A stretch of DNA of 32,000 nt from Patescibacteria group bacterium (GCA_041674405.1 JBAYVT010000001.1:210001-242000), one strand, 5' to 3'; positions 8,884 through 18,274 are shown, numbered from the stretch's first letter. The notes: generated by a model not told the origin, from the sequence alone. Numbers and translations: made by a program.

Positions 8884-10050
8884 TTAGCCGGCCTTCAGGA
8901 CCCTAGGCGGGTCATTGGCGAAGTAGTCGGGAGCCTCATTGATCAGGCAGCGAATGCCCGCGTAGTACCATGCTCCATATCGGTATAGCGGTTTCTCACT
9001 AATGACGACCTGGTCGTCACCCACAAGATCCGTTATTACTTGCTGAAGCTCTGGCTCCCCTCCACTCATGACCACTCTGCCGTCCGCGGTCTGATAGACG
9101 CCCATAGCCAGTGGATGGTGGATTCGTTTGATCCGATGGAACTCGATGCCAGCGCGTATGGCCCGACGACGACACTCACGAAGCGTCGAATCAGGGTTGT
9201 ACTTTGGCGGTTTTCTCTGTCCCTGGAAGCCAGACCAGATCAAGGGGTCAGCAAGCAGGTGCAAGCCACCTCGACGGTCTTCAATTACGGCGAAGAACCG
9301 ATCGATGTGGTTGTCGGCGCCATAGCCCATCTTGCTCGCTTGTCCATCCAGGAAGGTAGCTGATACTTCCGGGAGTTCGAGCACTGCCATTCCCAGATCC
9401 TTGAGTGGCTGTATCGGCGGCGGTTTGAGCTCATAGCGATCTTCTCCCAACGCCTTCAACGTTTCTGGTCCAGGCATTTCGACCTTGTCGAACACAACTG
9501 CCAAAGACTGCCTGAAGAGTATCCGGCCGCCTTCGCCGTAGATACTGTCGACAACGTTGTTCTTTTCCACCCAAGCCGGATCGACGACCCGGCTATGTCG
9601 CGGATCGAGCACAGCTTGGAAGCGGTGCCAGCTCAGGTCCATCATCACCGTGCCATTCGGCAGCATGGTCCACAGGTCCCGAGGGAACCCTTGAACCAAG
9701 ATGTCAATGTCCGGGAAGTTGATGGTCGGGAAAGGGCCACTCTTCATCGCATCGAAATACTGCTGGCCCAGAAGCTCCCTAAAGGCTAGCATCACCATGG
9801 GAGTCAAACCTGCCGCAGCCAGCATGGAATAGATCAGGGCCCATTCTTCCGCAGCTTCCTGAGCCATTCCCCGGAGAATCCCCATGAATTCGGGGTCTTT
9901 GGCGGGAAGAGCATAGCTGCGGCCCGGGACTAAACTGTACCGGGAAAACGTTGGAAGCGGGTACGGCGCAAACCGCTCGTCTTGCCCATACGGTCTCGTC
10001 TTGTAGACGTTTGATACGGCAAAATGCGGCAAGCCATAAACGTGAATCAC
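8884..10050 (-). CDS. GC-rich orphan protein, about 388 aa, no recognisable family
   Basis: The long ORF in the track is 8884..10128. The preferred start is GTG at 10050, preceded by AAGGAGG with an 8-nt spacer. A candidate promoter TTGTGG-17-TACTAT lies at 10083-10111 (rc). The ORF is strongly GC-rich compared with its flanks. Confidence 0.6.
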   Translation of the reverse strand: MIHVYGLPHFAVSNVYKTRPYGQDERFAPYPLPTFSRYSLVPGRSYALPAKDPEFMGILRGMAQEAAEEWALIYSMLAAAGLTPMVMLAFRELLGQQYFDAMKSGPFPTINFPDIDILVQGFPRDLWTMLPNGTVMMDLSWHRFQAVLDPRHSRVVDPAWVEKNNVVDSIYGEGGRILFRQSLAVVFDKVEMPGPETLKALGEDRYELKPPPIQPLKDLGMAVLELPEVSATFLDGQASKMGYGADNHIDRFFAVIEDRRGGLHLLADPLIWSGFQGQRKPPKYNPDSTLRECRRRAIRAGIEFHRIKRIHHPLAMGVYQTADGRVVMSGGEPELQQVITDLVGDDQVVISEKPLYRYGAWYYAGIRCLINEAPDYFANDPPRVLKAG

Positions 10051-10206
10051 GCAGATGCCCTCCTTTCGGGCTTCGCTTTGGGATAGTACGGCTACATTTG
10101 GATTACCACAATTTTTAGAAAATAGCAAGGCTGGTTAAGTTCAAAATTATTTACGCTGCGTTTTCCAAAATATTTTATTTATCCACTTCCAAAGCGAAAA
10201 AAGTAT

Positions 10207-10235
10207 TTGACAAAAATATTTCATTAGTGTACAAT
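10207..10235 (+). promoter_or_regulatory. sigma70-like promoter TTGACA-17-TACAAT for the RRM gene
   Basis: -35 at 10207-10212 and -10 at 10230-10235, with an exact 17-nt spacer. It predicts a leader of about 100 nt. Confidence 0.6.
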
Positions 10236-10340
10236 ATTACCAAGTTTGAGAGTGTAGGTGTGCTAAGAACTTTCGTTCAAATCCCCCGAGACAATCAAGC
10301 GGGTCGATTTAATTATCGCTTAGGAAAGCGAACTGAAAAC

Positions 10341-10640
10341 ATGGATCAAGAAGTTGAAAAGAGCAACAAGCTCTATGTAGGAAATCTTCCCTACAATGTA
10401 GATGATCAGCCTTTCCGTGATGAACAGCTTAAAGCAATCTTCGCCGAAGCCGGCGAGGTTTCTGAAGCTACCGTTATCACAGAGAGAGAAACTGGTCGTT
10501 CTAAAGGGTTCGGATTCGTCACTTATGCTGACGAAGCCACAGCCACCAAGGCTTTGGAAGAACTCAATGGAAAAGAAATTGGCGGCAGAGAATTAAGAAT
10601 TTCTTATGCCCGACCAATGCGCGAGAGAGAAGACAGATAA
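10341..10640 (+). CDS. RNA-binding protein with a single RRM domain
   Basis: RNP-2 (LYVGNLPY) and RNP-1 (KGFGFVTY) motifs are present. ATG 10341 is chosen because the track start at 10227 lies inside the predicted promoter. Confidence 0.85.
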   Translation: MDQEVEKSNKLYVGNLPYNVDDQPFRDEQLKAIFAEAGEVSEATVITERETGRSKGFGFVTYADEATATKALEELNGKEIGGRELRISYARPMREREDR

Positions 10641-10661
10641 TTTCGTCTACTTGACGCGAAT

Positions 10662-10703
10662 AAAAGCAAAAATCCCCCAAAGGGGGATTTTTGCTTTTAT
10701 AAT
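10662..10703 (+). terminator. intrinsic terminator after the RRM gene
   Basis: 17-bp stem aaaagcaaaaatccccc-aaa-gggggatttttgctttt followed by a T-rich tail. Confidence 0.8.
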
Positions 10704-10731
10704 TGATTTTTTACGCCCAGTGCGTTAGTAT
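10703..10731 (+). promoter_or_regulatory. sigma70-like promoter TTGATT-17-TAGTAT of GC-rich unit c
   Basis: -35 at 10703-10708 and -10 at 10726-10731, with a 17-nt spacer. It sits exactly at the AT-to-GC composition boundary. Confidence 0.45.
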
Positions 10732-10820
10732 TGCGGTGCTCGCAGCAAGGCAACTTTCCAGTCCGGATCTGGCCGCCCCTCACGAAAATTCAACCGCCTA
10801 TGGCGGAGGAGGAGCTGACC

Positions 10821-11174
10821 ATGACAAAGAGCTGGAGAATATTGCTAGAAGGTTTCGAGGCACTCGAGGAAAAAGTCCATCATGCGTTGTTCGAAGTCGC
10901 AGCAGCGCAAGAGGACGCAGATGCGGGATGGGACTCGTGGCTAGAGTGGGAAGAACTCGCGAAGCAGGTCCGGCGCGCAGCGCACGCCCGGGACCTCTCG
11001 ATAGACGAGTTTGACTCGCTTTGCCGCACGGCCCGTCGGTACCAGAACAAGAGAGTGCATGACCTCTGCGTCGCACTCGAGATCGAGAGTTTCGCAGAGG
11101 AAGACGGCACCATGATCTGGGAGCAGTTTTGTGCTTTAGTTGGCAAACTCGAGCACCTGGCGCCAAGCCCGTAG
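10821..11174 (+). CDS. GC-rich orphan protein, about 117 aa, predicted helical and acidic
   Basis: ATG 10821 is preceded by GGAGGAGGAG with a 6-nt spacer. ATG 10800 is an alternative start, and the track ORF begins at 10731 inside the promoter. Product is MTKSWRILLEGFEALEEKVHHALFEVAAAQEDADAGWDSWLEWEELAKQVRR... with no family recognised. Confidence 0.5.
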   Translation: MTKSWRILLEGFEALEEKVHHALFEVAAAQEDADAGWDSWLEWEELAKQVRRAAHARDLSIDEFDSLCRTARRYQNKRVHDLCVALEIESFAEEDGTMIWEQFCALVGKLEHLAPSP

Positions 11175-11202
11175 GGAGCTCCGAGCCTTCAACGAGCGAG
11201 TC

Positions 11203-11240
11203 GGGCGGTCTGATGCATGGACCGCCCACAATTTATTTTA
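11203..11240 (+). terminator. intrinsic terminator of GC-rich unit c
   Basis: gggcggtc-tgatgcatg-gaccgccc hairpin followed by acaatttatttta. Confidence 0.6.
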
Positions 11241-11243
11241 GAC

Positions 11244-12011
11244 CTATTTCTTTAAGTTCTCACTCGACATAAACTTTTTGATGTCATTGATCGTAGACAT
11301 GAATTGGGCAGGAAAAATGATCGTGGAATTTTTCTCTGTCGAAATTTCAGATAGGACTTGAAGGTTTCGAAGCTGCAGTGCAATTGGGTGTTTATTGATA
11401 ATATCAGCAGCTTTACCAAGTTTGTCCGCCGATTGAAATTCGCCTTCGGCAGCGATAATTTTTGCTCTTTTCTCCCTTTCAGCTTCTGCCTGTTTTGCCA
11501 TCGCTCTCTGCATCGTATCAGGAAGTTGAATATCTTTGATCTCAACAGTTGTTACAATCACGCCCCAAGCTTCTGTATGGCTATCGATAATTTTTTTGAT
11601 TTTTTGGTTAATTTTGTCCGTGTCAGAAAGAACCTCATCAAGTGAAAATTGGCCCACGATATTTCTCACGGTCGTTTGGGCAATCTGGTTTACCGCCGCA
11701 TAAACATTTTGGACGGCAACGATCGATTTGGTTGCATCTACCACATGGTAATAAGCCACGGCTGCCACATCAATCGAAACATTATCGCGCGTGATAATTT
11801 TCTGGGATTGAACCGGCATTGTAATTATCTGTAGAGAAATTTTGTAAAGTCGATCAATAATCGGAATAATCATCCGAATTCCTGGCTCTTTTTCTCCTAT
11901 CACCCGCCCAAGCCTAAACCAGACTCCCCGTTCATATTGCTGAACTACCCGCAATGCCGCAGCGATTAATATCACCGCAATCCCGATCACATACCACCAT
12001 ACTATGCTCAT
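11244..12011 (-). CDS. SPFH/band-7 (stomatin/slipin-like) membrane protein
   Basis: N-terminal TM helix followed by [14 protein letters not shown]... and a C-terminal coiled-coil [17 protein letters not shown], which is typical of the SPFH domain. Confidence 0.85.
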   Translation of the reverse strand: MSIVWWYVIGIAVILIAAALRVVQQYERGVWFRLGRVIGEKEPGIRMIIPIIDRLYKISLQIITMPVQSQKIITRDNVSIDVAAVAYYHVVDATKSIVAVQNVYAAVNQIAQTTVRNIVGQFSLDEVLSDTDKINQKIKKIIDSHTEAWGVIVTTVEIKDIQLPDTMQRAMAKQAEAEREKRAKIIAAEGEFQSADKLGKAADIINKHPIALQLRNLQVLSEISTEKNSTIIFPAQFMSTINDIKKFMSSENLKK

Positions 12012-12129
12012 TTTTTCCTTTCGTTATTGATTAAAATGTAGTGCTAGTTTAGAAAAATTGCAATAGGCAGGACAACTAGAACAATCGCTTCGGCTTGGGT
12101 ATAATACGGAAAGACAAAAGAAAGGAATT

Positions 12130-13062
12130 ATGGCGAAAGTAATCGAAGTAAAAAATTTGTCCAAAAAGTACGGACCGCTTGTTGCGGTTGATGGAATCAA
12201 TTTTAGTGTTGAAAAGGGTGAAATTTTTGGTCTTTTGGGTGAAAATGGAGCCGGTAAGACGACAACACTTGAGATGATTGAGGGGTTAAGGAAACCATCT
12301 AGCGGAGAAATCAAAGTGCTTGGCCATGATTCGCAGAGTGAAATTGCCGAGATTAAGAATAGGATTGGAGTCCAGCTCCAGTCATCAGCATATTTCAGCT
12401 TTTTAAATCTAAGAGAAATTCTTGATCTTTTTGGTGGGTTTTATCCGAAGAGAATCGCCACGGATGAGCTTCTTTCCATGGTCCGGCTCAGGGAAAAATC
12501 AAAAGACTTCGTCGGCAACCTCTCTGGCGGACAGAAGCAAAGATTCTCGATTATTGCTAGCCTCATAAATGATCCCGATGTGGTTTTTCTTGATGAGCCA
12601 ACCACCGGCCTCGACCCTCTGGCGCGCCGAAACCTCTGGGATATTATTCTGAAAATCAAGTCGCAAGGAAAAACAATAATTCTGACCACTCATTACATGG
12701 AGGAAGCAGAAAAACTTTGCGACCGAATTGCAATCATGGAGAGAGGAAAAATTCTCGCTATTGGCACGGTCCACGAACTCATCTTGAAGGTAAATAATCC
12801 ATTCAGAATTCAATTTGTCGCCGCTGGTATTCCAGCAAACATTGAAAAAAACATTCGCGGATGCTGTGGAGAATTCGTGAAATTCGATGGCAAAACTGAC
12901 CATTACGAGTTGCAGCTTAAAAATCGCAAGGATTTAAAAACTGCTCTATCAGAGATTGAAAAAATAAATTACGAAGATTTACTGGTAACGCGAGCATCAC
13001 TTGAAGAATTATTTATCGAGCTTACAGGAAAAGCGATTGAGGACGAGGAGGCAAATGCTTAG
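12130..13062 (+). CDS. ABC transporter ATP-binding protein (ABC-2 type exporter)
   Basis: Walker A (GENGAGKTT), signature (LSGGQKQR) and Walker B (VVFLDEPTTGLD) motifs are present. Confidence 0.9.
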   Translation: MAKVIEVKNLSKKYGPLVAVDGINFSVEKGEIFGLLGENGAGKTTTLEMIEGLRKPSSGEIKVLGHDSQSEIAEIKNRIGVQLQSSAYFSFLNLREILDLFGGFYPKRIATDELLSMVRLREKSKDFVGNLSGGQKQRFSIIASLINDPDVVFLDEPTTGLDPLARRNLWDIILKIKSQGKTIILTTHYMEEAEKLCDRIAIMERGKILAIGTVHELILKVNNPFRIQFVAAGIPANIEKNIRGCCGEFVKFDGKTDHYELQLKNRKDLKTALSEIEKINYEDLLVTRASLEELFIELTGKAIEDEEANA

Positions 13063-14137
13063 ATTATTTATCGCAGACCTGAAAATGCTGGTCCGGAATC
13101 GACAGGCGCTTTTTTGGAGCTTGATGTTTCCGCTGATGTTTACAATAATTTTTGGCTTCTTTTTTGGCGGGTCAACCATCGCCGGCACAATTGGCTTGAT
13201 CAACAATTCGAACACACAGATAGCGCAGGGTCTAGTTTCTGCACTCAAGGGAACCGACTTACTCAAAGTCCAGGACGAGAGCGATTTGAACACAGCCAAA
13301 GATTTGATCAAGAAAAACACAATTTCTGCGGTCGTCGTGATTCCTCAAGGTTTTGGGGATATCACCCCCGATTCACCAAGACAAGTTGATGTTATTTACG
13401 ACCCCGGATCGCAACAGCTTGTGGCAATTATTAATTCTTTTCTGAATACTTATCTTACCAATGTAAATTATTCCGTTCAGAATGCTAAACCGATTTTTTC
13501 CGTTAATGCCCAGGCAATAAATTCGGAGAGAAAGTTAAATTACTTCGATTTTGTTCTTGCTGGAATCCTCGGGATGGCAATCATGCAATCCTCCATTATC
13601 GGCGTTTCTATTGCCATCAGCACTTACAGGCAGGAAAAAATACTAAAGCGCATAACCACCACCCCGATTAAGACATGGCAATTTATCATCGCCGAAGTTT
13701 TATCGCGTTTAGTGGTAAATTTAATTCAAGTTGCCCTCGTTCTGGCGCTTGGCGTTTATGCATTTCACGGACATATTTATGGAAATATCTTCGAAATTTT
13801 CGGCATCGCTCTTTTGGGTGCCCTTCTATTTCAGATGATCGGTTTTGTGGTTGCCAGCTTTGCCAAAACCGCCGATGCGGCGCAAGGGATGGCAACCGCT
13901 ATCGGAATCCCGATGATGTTTCTAGCCGGCGTATTTTTTCCGATCGATTCTTTGCCCAAGTGGCTTTACTCTGTTGTCCAATATCTGCCACTTGCACCAC
14001 TTCTCAGAATCCTGCGCACTGTGGCCCTTGAAGCTGGCTCGGCTTTTCAAAACCCAGTGAATATGGCAATCGTCGGTGCCTGGATTGTCGTATGTTTGGC
14101 ACTTTCGCTCTGGAGATTTCGCCTATCAGAAGAATAG
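13055..14137 (+). CDS. ABC-2 family transporter permease
   Basis: ATG 13055 follows a GAGGAGG SD and overlaps the ATPase stop. The protein is polytopic (MLRLFIADLKMLVRNRQALFWSLMFPL...), the typical ABC-2 partner. Confidence 0.8.
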   Translation: MLRLFIADLKMLVRNRQALFWSLMFPLMFTIIFGFFFGGSTIAGTIGLINNSNTQIAQGLVSALKGTDLLKVQDESDLNTAKDLIKKNTISAVVVIPQGFGDITPDSPRQVDVIYDPGSQQLVAIINSFLNTYLTNVNYSVQNAKPIFSVNAQAINSERKLNYFDFVLAGILGMAIMQSSIIGVSIAISTYRQEKILKRITTTPIKTWQFIIAEVLSRLVVNLIQVALVLALGVYAFHGHIYGNIFEIFGIALLGALLFQMIGFVVASFAKTADAAQGMATAIGIPMMFLAGVFFPIDSLPKWLYSVVQYLPLAPLLRILRTVALEAGSAFQNPVNMAIVGAWIVVCLALSLWRFRLSEE

Positions 14138-14236
14138 TGGACAAATGGGCTATTGCCGAGCCCTACAAAATGATATGATATATATGGTGAATTGTGAAAT
14201 TTGCCATTTGAAATATTTAGTGAGGAGGATACCACA

Positions 14237-14440
14237 ATGGATCCAGAAGAGACACAAGAAGAAACAACCCCTGTTGAGGGTGGCGAAGCTGAAGGCACTG
14301 AGGCTCCAGCAGCACCAGAAGCGAATGCAGAAGGTGGAGAAGAATCAGAACTCGGTGCACCAGCCGACGAAGAAGCTCCAAAAGCTCCAGAGACGGGAGC
14401 CGAAGGCGAAAGTGAAGAAGAACCACCAGCCACAGAGTAA
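14237..14440 (+). CDS. small highly acidic, low-complexity (E/P/A/G/T-rich) protein
   Basis: ATG 14237 is preceded by GAGGAGG with an 8-nt spacer; the track start is 14201. The 67-aa product is MDPEETQEETTPVEGGEAEGTEAPAAPEANAEGGEESELGAPADEEAPKAPETGAEGESEEEPPATE, and a strong terminator follows. Confidence 0.45.
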   Translation: MDPEETQEETTPVEGGEAEGTEAPAAPEANAEGGEESELGAPADEEAPKAPETGAEGESEEEPPATE

Positions 14441-14451
14441 TTCAATTGAAC

Positions 14452-14489
14452 AATAAGAAAAATCAGGCCTTGGCCTGATTTTTCTTATT
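14452..14489. terminator. bidirectional intrinsic terminator between convergent genes
   Basis: Perfect 18-bp inverted repeat aataagaaaaatcaggcc/ggcctgatttttcttatt with A/T runs on both sides. Confidence 0.8.
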
Positions 14490-14500
14490 GTAAATATAAT

Positions 14501-15130
14501 TTATTCTGCGCTTGTATCTGTTGATATTTTGGAAACGACCACATCAAACATGTGTGTTCCGGAGGAAACAATATACATCGAAATATCGCCTTTATCAAAA
14601 TATGCACTGAACGAATCGCTTGTGTTGTAGTTCGCCGTTTTGGTATAGCCGGCATTTACAAAAGCATTTTCTATGTCTGAATATTTTGAGGCATTGACTT
14701 CATTTTTTGTAGTATAATACAGCGTTGCACTATCCGTTGCCGATGACCAAAGCGAAAGTTTTGCTCCGCCAAACAAATTGGTAAGTATTGGCTTGATTTC
14801 CGCATTAACAGAAATCGACAAGGAATCAGACGGAGTAACTTCTTGAACCTGTGAATAATCATTGGTATCAGTGCCAATATTTGTAGTGTCAGTGTTCACA
14901 CCGGTGGTGTCTTTGATCACATCCGACACTGCATTGTGGACTCTATTTTTGACAAAACGATAAATTCCATAACTAATTCCGCCACCCACAACTACAAGGA
15001 CGAGTACCACAATCAGGATAATCAATCCTACATTTGTTTTTTTCTTGGCTGGTGCGGCCTGTGTCGGCTGCGGCGCTGCCGTTTGCGCTGGTGCTGGCGC
15101 CTCAGGAGTATTTTTTTGATCCTCTGGCAT
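14501..15130 (-). CDS. single-pass membrane-anchored protein, unknown function
   Basis: Pro/Ala-rich N-terminus, one TM helix (VGLIILIVVLVLVVVGGGISYGIY) and an extracytoplasmic Ser/Thr/Asn-rich domain. Confidence 0.6.
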   Translation of the reverse strand: MPEDQKNTPEAPAPAQTAAPQPTQAAPAKKKTNVGLIILIVVLVLVVVGGGISYGIYRFVKNRVHNAVSDVIKDTTGVNTDTTNIGTDTNDYSQVQEVTPSDSLSISVNAEIKPILTNLFGGAKLSLWSSATDSATLYYTTKNEVNASKYSDIENAFVNAGYTKTANYNTSDSFSAYFDKGDISMYIVSSGTHMFDVVVSKISTDTSAE

Positions 15131-15358
15131 AAACCCTCCATATTCCTTTTGGAATTTAGTTCTAAATATTATTACACAGGATTATTTTACCCCCATTTTA
15201 TAAAGATTCAAAGTTTTTATTAGAAATTATAATGCAACATCTTTGTTGATCGGCTAAGATTCTGATAGCGTTAAACAAAAAATTAAATGATTTTATTTTC
15301 AGTTTTAATTTTTGATTCCGAAGGGACCCCTTTGGGGCTTTGATTTAGATGAGGTGCC

Positions 15359-15802
15359 ATGATTATTACCAGCCCCGATTTTCAAGAAGGAGAAAAAATT
15401 CCAGAAATATATACCTGTGACGGCAACGATATTGCGCCGGATATCATTGTTGATGATGTCCCAGATGAGGCAAAAAGTTTAGCATTAATTATGGATGATC
15501 CCGATGCCCCGATGCATACTTGGACTCATTGGATTGCTTGGAACATTCCTCCCGGGACGAAAAAAATCAAAGAAGGAATGACACCCGAAGGCACAATTGA
15601 GGGAATAACTTCTGCTGGTAATGCCGGATACCACGGCCCTTGCCCAACCGAAGGAGAGCATAGATATTTTTTTCGATTCTATGCGCTGGATACGATGCTG
15701 AAAATATCTGAAGAATCAGATCGGCACAAGGTTGAACAAGCCATGTCTGGCCATATTATCGAAACATCGGATCTGATGGGGCTGTATGAAAAAGAAGACT
15801 AA
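15359..15802 (+). CDS. YbhB/YbcL family PEBP (Raf kinase inhibitor-like) protein
   Basis: DDPDAP...WTHW...GYHGPCP..GEHRYFFRFYALD motifs are characteristic of bacterial PEBP. Confidence 0.85.
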   Translation: MIITSPDFQEGEKIPEIYTCDGNDIAPDIIVDDVPDEAKSLALIMDDPDAPMHTWTHWIAWNIPPGTKKIKEGMTPEGTIEGITSAGNAGYHGPCPTEGEHRYFFRFYALDTMLKISEESDRHKVEQAMSGHIIETSDLMGLYEKED

Positions 15803-15807
15803 GCGTT

Positions 15808-16119
15808 TTACACAACTGCAATTACAAATAATGCAATTAATGTAATGATTGCAACGAAGAGAACGGTATAAAGAAGAAGGCTTATGGCTTCTTTTTTCTT
15901 ACCATCAAAGTAAAGCATAAGCGGTTTTCCTACCGATAATATGCCCACGACTAGAGCCGAAAGCACAAAAACCATGAGAAATGTGGCACTTCCGATTATC
16001 GAATTCATTTTCCCGAAAATCTTTTCACCATTATTAAGAAATAACACAACCAGAACTACATACGCTGCAATACCAATTGCGTTGATAACGCCTCTCCACA
16101 TTAGGCTCAAATTTTTCAT
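15808..16119 (-). CDS. small integral membrane protein, unknown function
   Basis: 103-aa ORF with three predicted TM helices. No motif recognised. Confidence 0.5.
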   Translation of the reverse strand: MKNLSLMWRGVINAIGIAAYVVLVVLFLNNGEKIFGKMNSIIGSATFLMVFVLSALVVGILSVGKPLMLYFDGKKKEAISLLLYTVLFVAIITLIALFVIAVV

Positions 16120-16184
16120 TTAATCTCCTTTTTAATAGTAATCGATATTATAGCACAGCTTGAAATTAGTGCTAAGATAATTGT

Positions 16185-16442
16185 ATGAATAATGGCGACA
16201 AAAAAACAAAAGGCAAATTTGTTTATGTTTTAATACAAGTTCTAGGTGTTTTTTTGTTAATTCTGGGAGTACTGGGAATATTACTCCCGATATTACCCGG
16301 TTGGCCATTGATTTTTTTTGGGCTCTTGATTTTGGGAGCAGATGTTGCATTTCGTGACCGCATAATCAACATATTTCCCGAAAGGTTTCGTCCTGTAATT
16401 CGCCATCATGCAGACAAAATATATGCAAAAAAACACAAATAA
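16185..16442 (+). CDS. small membrane protein (PGPGW-like)
   Basis: Two TM helices with LPILPGWPLIFFGLLILG, resembling the PGPGW motif family. Confidence 0.5.
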   Translation: MNNGDKKTKGKFVYVLIQVLGVFLLILGVLGILLPILPGWPLIFFGLLILGADVAFRDRIINIFPERFRPVIRHHADKIYAKKHK

Positions 16443-17064
16443 TAAACCAACTTTTGAAATTGAAAAACATTTTCAGGAGCAAGGTTTCGAACTTGTCGCT
16501 GGGGCTGACGAAGTCGGAAGAGGAGCCCTTGCTGGTCCAATTTTTGCCGCAGCGGCAATTTTTGATATTGAAAAAAACTTTCGCGGAATCCGAAAAATTA
16601 AAGATTCGAAATTGTTGAAAGCAAAAGAAAGAGAAGAAATCCTGAAATATATACGAAAAAATGTGATCGATTCGGCAATAGGGTCAGCATCTGTCGAGGA
16701 GATTAACAAACATGGAATTGGTGCGGCAAATATCATGGCTTTCAAGCGCGCTCTCGATAATTTAAAAAGTGTTGATTTTGCCATCATTGACGGGCGGCAA
16801 TTTCGAGGTTTCGCATATAAATATTTTTGTGTGGAGAAGGGTGATAATAAATCAATTTCGATAGCTGCAGCCTCGATAATTGCCAAAGTCGAGAGAGACA
16901 AATTGATGAGCGAATTAGACCCGAGTGATATATATGGTTTCAAAAATAATAAGGGCTACGGCGCCAAAAAACATCAAGAAGCCTTGAAATCTCATGGCCC
17001 AAGCGAACACCACAGAACTCAATTCATACGCGGGATTCTGAATTCTGATCCGAAATTGTTTTGA
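16408..17064 (+). CDS. rnhB: ribonuclease HII
   Basis: GADEVGRGALAGPI, DSKLL and NNKGYG motifs are present. An alternative start is ATG 16423. Confidence 0.9.
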   Translation: MQTKYMQKNTNNKPTFEIEKHFQEQGFELVAGADEVGRGALAGPIFAAAAIFDIEKNFRGIRKIKDSKLLKAKEREEILKYIRKNVIDSAIGSASVEEINKHGIGAANIMAFKRALDNLKSVDFAIIDGRQFRGFAYKYFCVEKGDNKSISIAAASIIAKVERDKLMSELDPSDIYGFKNNKGYGAKKHQEALKSHGPSEHHRTQFIRGILNSDPKLF

Positions 17065-17088
17065 ATAGTACAAACTTAATTATCATTT

Positions 17089-17958
17089 TCATTTCTGTCC
17101 AGTTATCACTGTTCCTGTGCGTTCTTCGAAAAACTCATCATTTGGGTTTATTTTTAATAGTTCTTCCTTAAGCTCATCGTCAAAATTTTTGAGATTATTG
17201 CCAAAAAGTTCCGGGGCGGCGTAAGAATAGCTATGTTGTTCTTGGGCAATCTCGCTTGACGCGACCTTGATCTTTGGAAACTTTAAGTGTTCGTAGCGAA
17301 CGTTTTCGAAGCCTATTTCTTCCAGGATTTTCGGATAATCTTTTGTCTTAACACTAGGAAATGAACCGCTCGATGTTCGCCTCTCTTCACCAAGATATTT
17401 TTTAATAATTTCGATTGTTTTCTGCTGCCAGACCTCTGGTGTATTTTGCCAAATTGTTGAGACTCCGGTTATACCGACACAACCTCCGGGAGCCAGAATT
17501 GTATAGGCAAATTCAAGCATTCTTTTGTAATCCATCCAGTGGAGCGAATTGCCAAAGGTCACTGCCTGAAATTCTCCGATTGTATCGCTTAAATCTTCTC
17601 CGTTTGCACAAAGCCAATCGATATTCTCTGCTTTCCTTTCGGTAGCCAGAATTTTGCCCTCGTCGATCATTTCCCTGCTTGGCTCAACGGCAACTACCCG
17701 ATTAAAATAATGGCTTAAAGGGATAGCAAGAGTGCCCGGGCCAGCGCCGATGTCAAGCAAATCGCCCTTTTTGTCAGGCAGGTTCGCGACAATAAGATCG
17801 ATAACCTCTTTGGGATATTGCGGGCGATATTTGTAATATTTTGATGAGCCCTTAAAAACATCCATTTGCGTCCTGTTCGTTATTTGCTGCATACTATCAT
17901 AGCCAAAAAATCCTAAACACTGATCCAAAGTTGTTCTAATAATCGATTCAGATAACAC
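17089..17958 (-). CDS. class I SAM-dependent methyltransferase
   Basis: Motif I LLDIGAGPGTLA, with downstream VVAVEPS and FQAVTFGNSLHW, indicates a Rossmann methyltransferase. Confidence 0.8.
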   Translation of the reverse strand: MLSESIIRTTLDQCLGFFGYDSMQQITNRTQMDVFKGSSKYYKYRPQYPKEVIDLIVANLPDKKGDLLDIGAGPGTLAIPLSHYFNRVVAVEPSREMIDEGKILATERKAENIDWLCANGEDLSDTIGEFQAVTFGNSLHWMDYKRMLEFAYTILAPGGCVGITGVSTIWQNTPEVWQQKTIEIIKKYLGEERRTSSGSFPSVKTKDYPKILEEIGFENVRYEHLKFPKIKVASSEIAQEQHSYSYAAPELFGNNLKNFDDELKEELLKINPNDEFFEERTGTVITGQK

Positions 17959-17969
17959 GAATGATTTCT

Positions 17970-18131
17970 CTAATACAAATCTTGAATTTTGTTCTGTAGT
18001 TCTTGAATTTTAATAGCGATTCGGTCTTTCTGAACTTTTTTAAGATCAGGTCCGTATTTAACAACGAATCGTTCTATTCTGGCCAGTGCCTCCAGAGTCT
18101 TTACTACCGTTTTTTCTAGTTTTTCTTCCAT
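17970..18131 (-). CDS. small coiled-coil hypothetical protein
   Basis: Internal ATG at 18131 gives the 53-aa product MEEKLEKTVVKTLEALARIERFVVKYGPDLKKVQKDRIAIKIQELQNKIQDLY. It is immediately upstream of the methyltransferase. Support is weak. Confidence 0.3.
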   Translation of the reverse strand: MEEKLEKTVVKTLEALARIERFVVKYGPDLKKVQKDRIAIKIQELQNKIQDLY

Positions 18132-18274
18132 GCCCGGATTATAGCACGAAAAATGATCGAAAAAGATCCCTTCCGAATCCCATATTATTGCAAGACCAGG
18201 AAAAACAACCACCAAAAGTCGGAGAAAAAAAGATGGCGATATTATTATGATAGAAATAAGTTTATGATTAAATC

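Noticed and set aside
10227-10340. Upstream ATG 10227 as the start of the RRM protein.
   Set aside because: It lies within the TTGACA-17-TACAAT promoter, so it would not be transcribed. The encoded extension has no RRM-related sequence, and ATG 10341 fits the domain boundary.
10106-11242. CCACAATTT(ATT)TTAGA occurs at 10106-10119 and 11226-11242, and ACAATTT at 8764. I considered these as direct repeats bounding the RRM/orphan module.
   Set aside because: The repeats are short and AT-rich, and the match needs an indel. One copy coincides with a predicted -35 box. It cannot be distinguished from chance without genome-wide statistics.
12024-12314. 96-aa minus-strand ORF overlapping the start of the ABC ATPase gene.
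   Set aside because: It is antisense to a gene with complete Walker and signature motifs. It is a typical shadow ORF.
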